Shown here: piece by piece, positions 63,766-64,000 of the stretch
Layout of the letters: every line of letters starts with the position of its first letter
Numbering within the stretch: position 1 is the stretch's first letter
From: Octopus bimaculoides
Lineage: Eukaryota
Assembly (NCBI RefSeq): GCF_001194135.2
Contig: NC_068998.1
Span: 21,642,638-21,706,637 of the forward strand
Direction of reading: 5' to 3'
DNA length: 64,000 nucleotides
The notes under the pieces: model-generated
What the model saw: only the letters and a program-made list of their open reading frames with translations
The model's database searches: none
What the model was told of the DNA's origin: nothing
Made by a program: the position numbers and the translations under genes

Positions 63766-64000
63766 TATGTTTGGTGGATTTTAGTTGGTGGTTACAAAGT
63801 AATATGGAATGCTTACGGATTTCCCTTTGTGGTTATTATGCAATATATGTATATAGCTAGGTAGATTTGTATAAGTGCAGAAGCAGCTTAATAAAATTTC
63901 GATTTAAGATTAGTTTTGACAAATCTATTTTCCATAAAATATTTTTCATGAAATATCTTTGTGAAAAGGTAATCGTTACTGGAAGAGCGAATAATGTAGT

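Overview
AT-rich, microsatellite-dense eukaryotic DNA from a draft assembly, with 11 N-gaps that are almost all flanked by simple repeats. The SINE families, R4/Dong and Hero LINE relics and repeat landscape suggest an octopus or other coleoid cephalopod (inference). The window contains no intact long ORF, rRNA, true tRNA or CRISPR array; most ORF-track entries are artefacts of N-gaps or microsatellites. It consists mainly of decayed mobile elements: tRNA-derived SINEs, mariner and Tc1-type DNA transposons, a Penelope-like RT, several R4/Dong RLE-LINE copies beside (AAT)n tracts, a Hero-clade LINE, a CR1/L2-type LINE, a gag-like ORF1 and two Helitron-related relics. Scattered minus-strand exon candidates with canonical splice signals suggest one unidentified multi-exon gene, possibly encoding a secreted protein. 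The most striking signal is a 130-bp near-perfect palindrome at 969-1098. Each of its arms, on opposite strands, folds as a minimal type I hammerhead ribozyme of the Penelope-associated kind, with a variant CCGAUGA core.
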